From assembly GCA_934647235.1 (NCBI GenBank), contig CAKUFG010000028.1:1-30606 (forward strand): a DNA stretch of 30,606 bases, written 5' to 3'. Position 1 is the first letter of the stretch; each line of letters starts with the position of its first letter. The notes under the pieces are model-generated. The model did not search any database. It saw only the letters and a list, made by a program, of their open reading frames with translations, and was not told the origin of the DNA. Shown here one piece after another: positions 1-7,919 of this stretch. This DNA comes from an uncultured Clostridia bacterium (GTDB taxonomy: Bacteria > Bacillota > Clostridia > Christensenellales > Aristaeellaceae). The translations under genes were made by a program, and so were the position numbers.

Positions 1-287
1 TGCTCACCACGCTGGATAACGGCTTCACCCAGGTGCGCATCGGCAATCTGGTAGGCTATATGAAGACCGAATACCTGTCCACCAGCTATGTAGCCAGCGC
101 CATGCCGCTGCTCAAGGTCAACTCCTCCGGCAAGGTCAACCTGCGCGAGCAGGCCAGCACCTCCAGCAATTCCCTGGGCCTGTATCCCAAGGATACCGAG
201 GCCATCCTGCTGGGCTTCAATGGCAACTGGGCACATGTCATCGTGGACGGCAAGATCGGCTTCATGCTGACCACCTATCTGAAGTAA
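1..287 (+). CDS. SH3b (bacterial SH3) domain protein, C-terminal fragment; 5' end lies outside the window
   Basis: The frame of ORF 33..287 stays open back to nt 3 (LTTLDNGFTQVRIGNLVGYMKTEYL...). There are two tandem SH3b-type domain endings (...IGNLVGYMKTEYL and ...GNWAHVIVDGKIGFMLTTYLK). Stop TAA at 285-287 is followed by a hairpin. Confidence 0.55.
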   Translation, partial: LTTLDNGFTQVRIGNLVGYMKTEYLSTSYVASAMPLLKVNSSGKVNLREQASTSSNSLGLYPKDTEAILLGFNGNWAHVIVDGKIGFMLTTYLK

Positions 288-301
288 CGCCATCGTTTTT
301 C

Positions 302-331
302 GGGGCGGCTCGATATCGAGCCGCCCTTTTC
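302..331 (+). terminator. Intrinsic terminator after the SH3b gene
   Basis: 10-bp stem GGGCGGCTCG (303-312) / CGAGCCGCCC (317-326) with a 4-nt loop, followed by TTTT. Confidence 0.6.
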
Positions 332-415
332 ATTTGGCATAAAACGTCCCATCCGCACACACACTAAAGCGTGGCGGCATATCACGCCGCATGCTTTAAG
401 ATAGGAGAAATCAAC

Positions 416-2254
416 ATGTGCGGAATCGTTGGATACACCGGCAGCCGTCCCGCCGCGCCCATCCTGCTGGCAGGGCTGTCTCATCTGGAATATCGCGGGT
501 ATGACTCGGCCGGCCTGGCTGTGCGCGAGGGCGGCGGGGAAATCGAGATTGTCAAAACGTGCGGCCGCCTGCGCGCGCTGTATGATATGACCAACGGCGG
601 GCAGGCGCTGCCGGGCGACTGCGGCGTGGGCCATACCCGCTGGGCCACGCACGGCGCGCCCTCGGTGGAAAACGCCCATCCCCTGTGCAGCGACGACCGC
701 ACGGTGGTGGCCGTCCATAACGGCATCATCGAAAATTATCAGGAGCTGCGCGATAAGCTAACCCACGCAGGCTACGCCTTTCATTCCCAGACCGATACCG
801 AAATCGTGGTTAAGCTGATTCACTATTACGCGCGCAAATACGCCCTGGGGCCTGTGGACGCGCTGGCCCGTGCCATGTCGCGTATGCGCGGCTCCTATGC
901 CCTGGCCGTGCTGTTTGCCGACGCGCCGGGCGAAATCTACGCCGCCCGCAAGGATAGCCCCATGATCCTGGCCGTGCGCGAGGGCGAGGGGTATCTGGCC
1001 TCCGACGTGCCCGCCATCCTGCAATACACCCGTGATGTTTATTACATCGGCAATCTGGAAATTGCGCGGCTGGGCAAAGGCACGGTAGCGTTTTTCAATA
1101 TCGACCGTGAGCCGATTGAAAAGGCCCCCACGCACATCGATTGGGACGCCGAAGCTGCCGAAAAGGCAGGCTATGAGCACTTTATGATGAAGGAAATTCA
1201 TGAGCAGCCCAAGGCTGCCCGCGATACCCTGCACGCGCTGATAAAGGATGATCAGATCGATCTGAGCGCCGCTGGGCTGGACGACGCTCTGCTGCGCGCT
1301 ATCCGGCAGATTGTCATCGTCGCCTGCGGCTCTGCCTACCATGTAGGCGTCGCCGCGCAGTATATCATCGAGGATCTGTCGCGCATACCCGTGCGGGTGG
1401 AAATCGCCAGCGAGTTCCGCTACCGCAGGCCCATCTTAGGCGAGGGCACGCTGGCCATCGTCATCAGCCAATCCGGCGAAACGGCAGACAGCCTGGCCGC
1501 GCTGCGTGAGGCAAAAGCGCATGGTGTGCGCACGCTGGGCATTGTCAACGTGGTGGGCTCCTCCATCTCCCGCGAGGCGGACAGCGTACTCTACACCCTG
1601 GCTGGGCCAGAAATCGCCGTTGCCACCACCAAGGCGTACAGCACGCAGCTGATTGCCTGCTGCGCGCTGGCGCTGCAATTGGCGCAGGCTCACGGAACGC
1701 TGGGTGCTGAAGAATACGCCGCGATGATTGCCGAAATGCAGACGCTGCCGGACAAGATGACACGGCTTTTAGAGGACAAGGCGCGCATTCAGTGGTTTGC
1801 GGCCAAGTTTGCCAACGCGCGGGATATCTTTTTCATCGGCCGGGGACTGGACTACGCCGTCAGTCTGGAGGGCAGCCTCAAGATGAAGGAAATCAGCTAT
1901 ATCCACTCCGAAGCCTATGCCGCAGGGGAACTCAAGCATGGCGCGATCAGCTTAGTGGAGCCGGGCACGCTGGTCATCGGCCTGGCTGCCCAGCCCGCGC
2001 TGTATGAAAAGACGCTGAACAATCTGGCAGAGGTTAAAAGCCGCGGCGCGTACCTGATTGGCCTGACTGCCTGCGGGCGCTATGCGCTGGAGGATACCGC
2101 CGACTTTACCGTGTATATCCCGCAGACCGACGCGCATTTCGCCCCCAGCCTCGCCGTCATCCCCCTGCAGCTGCTGGCCTATTACGTCAGCGTAGCCAAA
2201 GGCCTGGATGTGGATAAACCCCGCAACCTGGCCAAGAGCGTTACGGTGGAATAA
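416..2254 (+). CDS. glmS: Glutamine--fructose-6-phosphate aminotransferase (isomerizing), 612 aa
   Basis: Starts MCGIVGY (N-terminal nucleophile Cys2) and is preceded by AGGAGA at 403-408. Two SIS domains are present (SQSGETADS) and the C-terminus is the canonical KSVTVE. The ORF-track start at 371 lacks an RBS and adds a non-homologous extension. Confidence 0.97.
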   Translation: MCGIVGYTGSRPAAPILLAGLSHLEYRGYDSAGLAVREGGGEIEIVKTCGRLRALYDMTNGGQALPGDCGVGHTRWATHGAPSVENAHPLCSDDRTVVAVHNGIIENYQELRDKLTHAGYAFHSQTDTEIVVKLIHYYARKYALGPVDALARAMSRMRGSYALAVLFADAPGEIYAARKDSPMILAVREGEGYLASDVPAILQYTRDVYYIGNLEIARLGKGTVAFFNIDREPIEKAPTHIDWDAEAAEKAGYEHFMMKEIHEQPKAARDTLHALIKDDQIDLSAAGLDDALLRAIRQIVIVACGSAYHVGVAAQYIIEDLSRIPVRVEIASEFRYRRPILGEGTLAIVISQSGETADSLAALREAKAHGVRTLGIVNVVGSSISREADSVLYTLAGPEIAVATTKAYSTQLIACCALALQLAQAHGTLGAEEYAAMIAEMQTLPDKMTRLLEDKARIQWFAAKFANARDIFFIGRGLDYAVSLEGSLKMKEISYIHSEAYAAGELKHGAISLVEPGTLVIGLAAQPALYEKTLNNLAEVKSRGAYLIGLTACGRYALEDTADFTVYIPQTDAHFAPSLAVIPLQLLAYYVSVAKGLDVDKPRNLAKSVTVE

Positions 2255-2275
2255 GCGTCATCGCCACACCCTATC

Positions 2276-2322
2276 AAAAAGCCGCCGGGCCGCCTCGCAA
2301 ACGAGACAGCCCGGCGCTTATT
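2276..2322. terminator. Bidirectional hairpin between convergent glmS and the sugar-binding protein gene
   Basis: 8-bp GC stem CGCCGGGC (2283-2290) / GCCCGGCG (2309-2316) with an inner CTCG-CAAA-CGAG hairpin. It is flanked by AAAAA (2276-2280) and a T-rich tract (2318-2322). Confidence 0.5.
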
Positions 2323-2339
2323 ATGTCGTTAAATATTGC

Positions 2340-3629
2340 TTACAGATCTTCCAGAATCTCGTTGATACGCTCGGCGCACTCCTGCAGCGTGGCCTCAACC
2401 GGCGCATTCTCGCAGAAGATCAGGCCCAGGGACTTCATCCATTCGTTGGTGCAGCTGCTGTAGTAGGTGCGGCTGTCCTGCGGCAGGATGTTGTCAACGC
2501 CTGCAAACATTCCCTGATAGGCAGGGGTCTTTTCGATCAGCGCATCGTAGGCCTCGCCCTGCATGGCAGAGTAACGGCCAGGCATATAGCCGGAAATTTC
2601 CGCCCAGAACAGGCTGGCTTCGCCGCTGGTAACCCAGTTAGCAAACAGGAAACCGGCGTTTTTCTGGGCCTGAGAGGCCTTCTTGGGAATGACCAGATGG
2701 TTGCCGGACAGCAGCGTATACGCCTTATCGCCCACAGCCGGGAAGCCGCTGATATCAAACTCGAACGCGCCGTTGATCTTATCGCGGTAGGTGGTAATCA
2801 GCGAGCAGGTGTGCACCACGCCGAATACCTCCTGGTCCCAGAAATGCTGACGCATGTTCGTGGAAGCGCCCGAGCCATAGGCCCAGTAGCAGTAGCCCTT
2901 GTCAATCCATTCGCGGATCTGCTTGGTAATCTCGATGGACTTTTCATCAGCCACGCCGCTGGTGCCGTCTTCCTTGATGATTTCCACGCCATAGTTGGTA
3001 AAGAAGGTTTCAAAGTACTGCGCGCCCCAGCCCGCAAAGATCATCGCCCAGCGCGCAGTGGTGCCGTCGTCGTTGAACTTGGTCGCCTTCTGCATGAAGT
3101 CGTCCATATCCTCCCACTTTTCAGGCAGGGTGATTCCCTCGTTCTGCGCCACGGTCTTGTTGTAGTAGATCACCTGCGTGGAGGCCAGGAAAGGCAGGGA
3201 GTACATGTGGCCGTCCTCCTTACGGGTGGCGGTTTCACGATAGCCCTTTACGAAATCGTTCTTATCTACGCCGTAGGCTTCCAGGTAAGGTTCCAGATCC
3301 GTGCATACGCCGGAATCGAAGTACTCGGCCAGATAGCCGACGTTTACCTGCGATACGGCAGGGACGGAATCGGCCGCGTGAGCGGCGATCAGGTTTTCAG
3401 CCAGCACAGTGCCGCTGCCGATGTAACGCGGAATCACGGTAATCAGGGGATACTGCTCATGAAACTTCTCGCACAGCACGTTGATGTCCTCGGTATACTG
3501 ATCCTCGTTGCTGTGCCACCATTCGATGGTGATCGGCTCGGTGACTGCGTAGGGGTTGTTCTCGGCCAGCGCGGCGCTCAGCGAGAGCGTCATCAGCAGG
3601 GCCAGGAGCAGCGCGGTAATCTTCTTCAT
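2340..3629 (-). CDS. ABC transporter substrate-binding protein, family 1 (carbohydrate/CUT1 type), 429 aa
   Basis: N-terminal signal peptide MKKITALLLALLMTLSLSAALA|ENN. The length and W/Y-rich composition are typical of sugar SBPs. RBS GGAGAA lies upstream of the ATG at 3629. It is the last gene of the minus-strand operon. Confidence 0.88.
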   Translation of the reverse strand: MKKITALLLALLMTLSLSAALAENNPYAVTEPITIEWWHSNEDQYTEDINVLCEKFHEQYPLITVIPRYIGSGTVLAENLIAAHAADSVPAVSQVNVGYLAEYFDSGVCTDLEPYLEAYGVDKNDFVKGYRETATRKEDGHMYSLPFLASTQVIYYNKTVAQNEGITLPEKWEDMDDFMQKATKFNDDGTTARWAMIFAGWGAQYFETFFTNYGVEIIKEDGTSGVADEKSIEITKQIREWIDKGYCYWAYGSGASTNMRQHFWDQEVFGVVHTCSLITTYRDKINGAFEFDISGFPAVGDKAYTLLSGNHLVIPKKASQAQKNAGFLFANWVTSGEASLFWAEISGYMPGRYSAMQGEAYDALIEKTPAYQGMFAGVDNILPQDSRTYYSSCTNEWMKSLGLIFCENAPVEATLQECAERINEILEDL

Positions 3630-3691
3630 GGGGTTCTCCTTTCTCTTTTTAGGGTAACAGATTGCAAAGCGTCGCCGCTTTAGGCACGGTT

Positions 3692-4840
3692 TTACTTCAT
3701 GCTTGCCTTGGACAGGCCGGTCATGATGTACTTCTGCAGCACCAGGAACAGCACCACAATGGGAACGATCGCCAGTACGGCGGCAGCCATGATTTCGTTG
3801 TAGTTGGATACCTCCAGGCCCGCAAAGGTCTGACGGATGTAGTTGATGCCCACAGCCAGGGTTCGGCGGCTGTTGTTATTTGTCACCATTTTCGGCCAGA
3901 AATAGCTGTTCCAGCCATTGATGAAGGTGATAATGGACACCGTAATCAGCGTTGGCTTGCACATGGGGCACAAAACATAGAAGATCGTGCCGATGCGTCC
4001 CATGCCGTCCACCTTGCCGGCCTCCAGATAGCTGTTATCCACGCTCATGAAGGTCTGGCGAAGCATGAAGATAAAGTAGGCCGATACGAGATTCGGTACA
4101 ATCAGGCCAGGGAAGGAGTTGATCCAGCCCAGCTTGGCCACCATGACGTAAATGGGCACGAACGTCACCTGAATGGGAATCATCAGCGCGCCCAGCACCA
4201 CCAGAAACAGCGTGTTTTTGCCCTTGAATTCGCCCTTGGAAAAGCCATAGGCAGCCAGAATGCCAATGCCCAGCTGGAAAACCATGATAAAGAACGTGCT
4301 GACAATGGTATTGAAGAAATACAGTCCGAAGGGCGCGCGTTTCAGCACGTTGGGATAGGTATCAAAGAACCACTGCTCCGGCCACAGGGTGGGCGTGGGA
4401 GCCAGCAGCTCGTCGCTGGCCTTGAATGAGGAAATAATCATCCAATAAATCGGAAACAGCATCACGATGGACACCAGCGTTGCGCCAATGGTCTGCGCCG
4501 CATGGCTGACCCTGCGCATGGCAAGCTGACGGCGCACCGTGCGGTTGAGCACCGGGCTTACAAAGCGCATCAGCAGCAGGCCAATTACCGCAAAGCCCGC
4601 AATCAGCGCCGCGATTACCGCCAGCACAGCGCGGTTCTTGGCAAACCACCCCAGCGCCTCTGCGCGCTCGTAATCGCCCATTTCAGCGGTAAAGCCTTTG
4701 GCGGTAATCGCATAGCTGATCTGTCCCACCAACGCGCCCAGTCCAATCGCCAGGGCGATGGCCAGCAGCTTGATCAGCACGTCAAACCAGCCGTGCATCT
4801 GCATACGCCGCAGTTGGGAAGCAAAATCCGTCTTTTTCAT
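3692..4840 (-). CDS. Sugar ABC transporter permease, MalG-like, with about 100-aa N-terminal extension (382 aa)
   Basis: The core is LFPIYWMIISSFK...LEAGKVDGMGRIGTIFYVLCPMCKP (EAA loop). Start ATG is at 4840 with GGGAGGAA 7-14 nt upstream. The ORF-track start at 4993 would overlap the upstream permease. Confidence 0.9.
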   Translation of the reverse strand: MKKTDFASQLRRMQMHGWFDVLIKLLAIALAIGLGALVGQISYAITAKGFTAEMGDYERAEALGWFAKNRAVLAVIAALIAGFAVIGLLLMRFVSPVLNRTVRRQLAMRRVSHAAQTIGATLVSIVMLFPIYWMIISSFKASDELLAPTPTLWPEQWFFDTYPNVLKRAPFGLYFFNTIVSTFFIMVFQLGIGILAAYGFSKGEFKGKNTLFLVVLGALMIPIQVTFVPIYVMVAKLGWINSFPGLIVPNLVSAYFIFMLRQTFMSVDNSYLEAGKVDGMGRIGTIFYVLCPMCKPTLITVSIITFINGWNSYFWPKMVTNNNSRRTLAVGINYIRQTFAGLEVSNYNEIMAAAVLAIVPIVVLFLVLQKYIMTGLSKASMK

Positions 4841-4854
4841 CTGTTTTTCCTCCC

Positions 4855-6048
4855 TTACTGGTCGTAATTGACGTTTTTGTTGGAATACTTCATTGTCAGC
4901 GTGGTAAAGACCAGCAGCACAAAGAAGAATACCAGCGATGCGGCCGCCGCGCGGTCTACGCGGAAATCCTTGAACGACAGGTTGTACACCCACTGCACCA
5001 TCACCATCGTCGCGTCGTAGGGACCGCCGGAGGTCATCACGTCCACCGACTGGAACACCTTCATAGAGCTGATAAAGGTGGTCACCAGCAGGAACAGCGT
5101 GGTCGGCGCCAGCATCGGCAGGGTGATGAAGCGGAAGCAGTGCATCTTATCAGCGCCGTCGATGGAGGCTGCCTCATAATAATCCTGCGGAATGCCCTTC
5201 ATCGCGGAAAGATAAATCATCATTGCGTAGCCCACCGTGCGCCAGAAGGTCAGCATCAGGATGCCCGCCAGCGCCGTGGAGGAATTGGCCAGCCAGTCCG
5301 GCCCGACAATGCCCAGCAGCCCCAGCGCCCAGTTGACAATGCCGTGCGGGCCGTTGAGCATCCACACAAAGATGATGGCGCTGGTGGAGGTGGCGATATA
5401 CTTGGGCATGAATACCAGCGCGCGCAAAGCGTTGAAATAGCGGGTCATCCGGTCAAAAAGCAGCGCCAGCAGCAAGCCGCCCGCCAGAGAGAAAAAAACC
5501 TCCCAGAAGGTGTAGCGCAGCGTAACCCACAGCGTGTTTTTCAGATACTTCCAGCCGGAGCCGGCGAAGAGCCATTTGTAGTTTTTAATGCCTACAAATT
5601 TGTATTCTTCCTTCATCAGGTTCCAGTTGGTAAAGCTGATGCGCACCAGATCCAGCAGCGGATAGTATACAAACAGCGCCAGGGCAATCAGCGCGGGCAG
5701 CACGCAGGTAAAATCGCGATAGCGCTCCCAGTGCTGACCCAGCAGCATGTATGCGTTCAGCAGCAGCAGCAAGCCGATGAGCATCATCACAACCGCAAAC
5801 TTCACCGCGTAATAAGCCGCCGTATCGCCAAAGGAAAGGGGCTGGCCGGTGGAAAGGTACTCCGCGTATACGCTTTTCAGGCGGCTGTTGATGCCGGCAA
5901 AGGCCGGCATCTGCAAATCTCCGATCAGGAAGCAGAACACGCCCAGCAGCAAAATCAGCGCGCCTGCCGCAAAGAGAACGGCGGAGAGCGTTTTTTGCTT
6001 TTTTTGAATGCGGACGGGGGGCAGCGGTCGGATTTCAGCGGCTTTCAT
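4855..6048 (-). CDS. Sugar ABC transporter permease, MalF-like, with about 110-aa N-terminal extension (397 aa)
   Basis: EAA loop YEAASIDGADKMHCFRFITLPMLAP. Start ATG is at 6048 with RBS GGAGGAG. It overlaps the HAD gene stop by 4 nt (ATGA at 6045-6048). Confidence 0.9.
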   Translation of the reverse strand: MKAAEIRPLPPVRIQKKQKTLSAVLFAAGALILLLGVFCFLIGDLQMPAFAGINSRLKSVYAEYLSTGQPLSFGDTAAYYAVKFAVVMMLIGLLLLLNAYMLLGQHWERYRDFTCVLPALIALALFVYYPLLDLVRISFTNWNLMKEEYKFVGIKNYKWLFAGSGWKYLKNTLWVTLRYTFWEVFFSLAGGLLLALLFDRMTRYFNALRALVFMPKYIATSTSAIIFVWMLNGPHGIVNWALGLLGIVGPDWLANSSTALAGILMLTFWRTVGYAMMIYLSAMKGIPQDYYEAASIDGADKMHCFRFITLPMLAPTTLFLLVTTFISSMKVFQSVDVMTSGGPYDATMVMVQWVYNLSFKDFRVDRAAAASLVFFFVLLVFTTLTMKYSNKNVNYDQ

Positions 6049-6722
6049 GGGCACTCCTCCTTTGGCGTATCGCCGGGAATATCTTCGTCCTCTATCAGCG
6101 CTTTGCGCAGCGCATCCATGCTTGCATACTGATATGGCGTCGGGGCCTGGCCCTGGCAAAAGCCCTCCGGGTCAAAAAGCGCCCCCTGCATTCCTGCATT
6201 CAGCCCTGCCTGCACGTCCAGCACACGATCGCCCACCATCACCGCCCTGCCAGGTTCCAGGCCATGCTTACTGATCAGGTGCAGCAGCGCGTCCGGAGCC
6301 GGCTTGCGCGGAAAATGATCGTCCTTTGTAATAAAATCGCTGAAATACGGCTTCAGTCCATAATGCTCCAGCGCGTCGATGGAGGCGTGATCCCGATGCG
6401 AATACAGATAATTTTTTCCGCCGTGCTCGCAGACGGCGCGCAGCGTCTCGCGCGTGCCGGGATAGGGCCGCATGGCCTCCAGCGTTTCCTCCTGCGGTGC
6501 GAAGGCATAATATGCATCCAGAATGTCCTGCGCCGCCGTGCCATAGCGCTGCTCCAGCTGCTTCGCGGCCCAGCCGAGAGAATGCTTGGTCAGCCAGCGC
6601 AGCTCGTCAAAGGCAATCTCGATTCCGTTTTGCTGCGCCGCGCGGTGATACGCCCGTGCAACCGCATCATAAGTATCAAAAAGCGTACCATCATAATCCC
6701 ATATAAAGTAGGAAAACCTCAT
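6045..6722 (-). CDS. HAD-superfamily hydrolase, subfamily IA (phosphatase / beta-phosphoglucomutase-like), 225 aa
   Basis: Motif I is WDYDGTLFDT, motif III is the Lys in PRKP, and motif IV is VGDRVLDV. ATG at 6722 is preferred. A GTG at 6728 is possible. Confidence 0.85.
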   Translation of the reverse strand: MRFSYFIWDYDGTLFDTYDAVARAYHRAAQQNGIEIAFDELRWLTKHSLGWAAKQLEQRYGTAAQDILDAYYAFAPQEETLEAMRPYPGTRETLRAVCEHGGKNYLYSHRDHASIDALEHYGLKPYFSDFITKDDHFPRKPAPDALLHLISKHGLEPGRAVMVGDRVLDVQAGLNAGMQGALFDPEGFCQGQAPTPYQYASMDALRKALIEDEDIPGDTPKEECP

Positions 6723-6780
6723 GTTCACTTTGCCTTTCCTGTGCGCATTTTTGCATCATTTGTCATTTGTTCGCGTTCAT

Positions 6781-6800
6781 ATTGGTCTGCTAAGACCAAT
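6781..6800. promoter_or_regulatory. Perfect 8+4+8 palindrome, candidate operator
   Basis: ATTGGTCT-GCTA-AGACCAAT. It lies just downstream of the predicted -10 of the HAD/ABC operon promoter and about 60-80 nt upstream of the predicted LysR-gene TSS. Confidence 0.45.
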
Positions 6801-6810
6801 TTCTGGCCAA

Positions 6811-6840
6811 AATATACCATGTGCTCTTGTTTTCTGTCAA
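6811..6840 (-). promoter_or_regulatory. SigA-type promoter of the HAD/sugar-ABC operon
   Basis: The minus strand reads TTGACA (6840-6835), an 18-nt spacer, then TGgTATATT (-10 at 6816-6811), i.e. an extended -10. Confidence 0.55.
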
Positions 6841-6855
6841 ATTCGATGTTACAAT
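6827..6855 (+). promoter_or_regulatory. SigA-type promoter of the LysR gene, back-to-back with the operon promoter
   Basis: TTGTTT (6827-6832), a 17-nt spacer, then TGtTACAAT (-10 at 6850-6855). Confidence 0.45.
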
Positions 6856-6892
6856 ACATCCATAATTAAAACTTATGGAAGCAGGGGTGCAT

Positions 6893-7816
6893 ATGGATTT
6901 TAAGGATATCAGCTATATCATCGCCGTAGTAGAGCATCAAAGCATCTCCCAGGCTGCGCGCAGCCTGTATATCTCCCAGCCGGCGCTGAGTCAATCCATC
7001 CGCAAAACCGAGCTGGAGCTGGGCAAGCCGCTCTTTCACCGCATTGGTCGTGCCATGACGCCCACCGCCGCCTGCCAGATGATCGTAGCCAGCGGGCGAA
7101 AGCTGCTGCTGGAGCGCGAGATGCTGCTCAATACCGTGGCCCATTTGCAGGACGAGCCGCACGAGGTGCTTCGCCTGGGCATGTCCTCCTTTTACTGCCG
7201 CCACCTGCTGCCCGGCATTCTGCAGCATTTCCAGCAGCATTTTCCCAATGTGCAGCTGGACGTGGCCGAGGTCAAATCCTACGAGCTGGAGCGCCGCGTG
7301 GCCGACGGCCAGCTGGATTTCTGCGTGCTTCCCGTATACCCCATGCATCCCGAGCTGGAATACACGCCCGTCGGCGTTGAAAACATTTATTTATGCATGC
7401 ACCGCAGCCATCCCCTCAATCAGCTGGCCGAGCCCAACCATACCATCAATATCCAATACGCGCGCGAAGAAGGCTTTGTGCTGCAGAACAGCGTCGCCAA
7501 GGCGCACTCCCTGCAGGAACGCTTATTTGCTTACGCAGGCTTCAAACCCCATATCATTTACGAATCCAGCACCTGGGAGGTCGCCATCGCCTTTGTAATC
7601 AGCGGCATCGGCATCAGCCTGCTGCCTGATTTCATGCTGGGCGATCAGCCCGAGGAGGAGCGGCCCTGCTATTACCGTATCCAGAACATTGACACCACGC
7701 GGCCCTTCGGCCTGGGATATCGTCACGGCGCGGTGCTCTCCCCGGCCGCAGAGGAGCTGGTAAAGGTAATCCGCAGCGAGTTCTCCCGCCTGCAGTCCCG
7801 CGTTCCCGCCGTATAG
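6893..7816 (+). CDS. LysR-family transcriptional regulator, 307 aa
   Basis: N-terminal wHTH MDFKDISYIIAVVEHQSISQAARSLYISQPALSQSIRKTELELGKPLFHR plus a C-terminal LysR substrate-binding fold. It is divergent from the HAD/ABC operon. Confidence 0.9.
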   Translation: MDFKDISYIIAVVEHQSISQAARSLYISQPALSQSIRKTELELGKPLFHRIGRAMTPTAACQMIVASGRKLLLEREMLLNTVAHLQDEPHEVLRLGMSSFYCRHLLPGILQHFQQHFPNVQLDVAEVKSYELERRVADGQLDFCVLPVYPMHPELEYTPVGVENIYLCMHRSHPLNQLAEPNHTINIQYAREEGFVLQNSVAKAHSLQERLFAYAGFKPHIIYESSTWEVAIAFVISGIGISLLPDFMLGDQPEEERPCYYRIQNIDTTRPFGLGYRHGAVLSPAAEELVKVIRSEFSRLQSRVPAV

Positions 7817-7919
7817 CCACAAAATACAAAACAAAAACCAAATCCATCGGTAAACGCCTTGTGCCGGGGCTGTCAGATGTGATAAACTGACTGAAAATAC
7901 GTAAGCGGGGAGTATCACA

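Noticed and set aside
288-415. Looked for a glmS ribozyme upstream of glmS, as is common in Firmicutes
   Set aside because: Only 128 nt are available and about 30 of them are the upstream terminator. I could not find the conserved core strings (e.g. GACGAGG or the GGCGGAUGCC-type P2 elements). Only a weak GCGTG...CACGC hairpin is present. An Infernal scan with RF00234 would settle it, but by eye the ribozyme is absent.
371-415. N-terminal extensions in the ORF track (also 4841..4993, 6049..6159, 9203..9283, 10573..10662, 11445..11669, 13839..13949, 15441..15608, 16129..16173, 27296..27316)
   Set aside because: The extensions lack Shine-Dalgarno sequences. They overlap upstream genes or promoters and add non-homologous Arg/Pro/Gly-rich residues. 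In each case an internal ATG with a good RBS coincides with the conserved family N-terminus.
7817-7919. Possible T-box or other leader upstream of brnQ
   Set aside because: The region is only 103 nt. It has no T-box sequence (AAnnnGGGTGGTACCGCG-like), no specifier/antiterminator architecture and no terminator hairpin.
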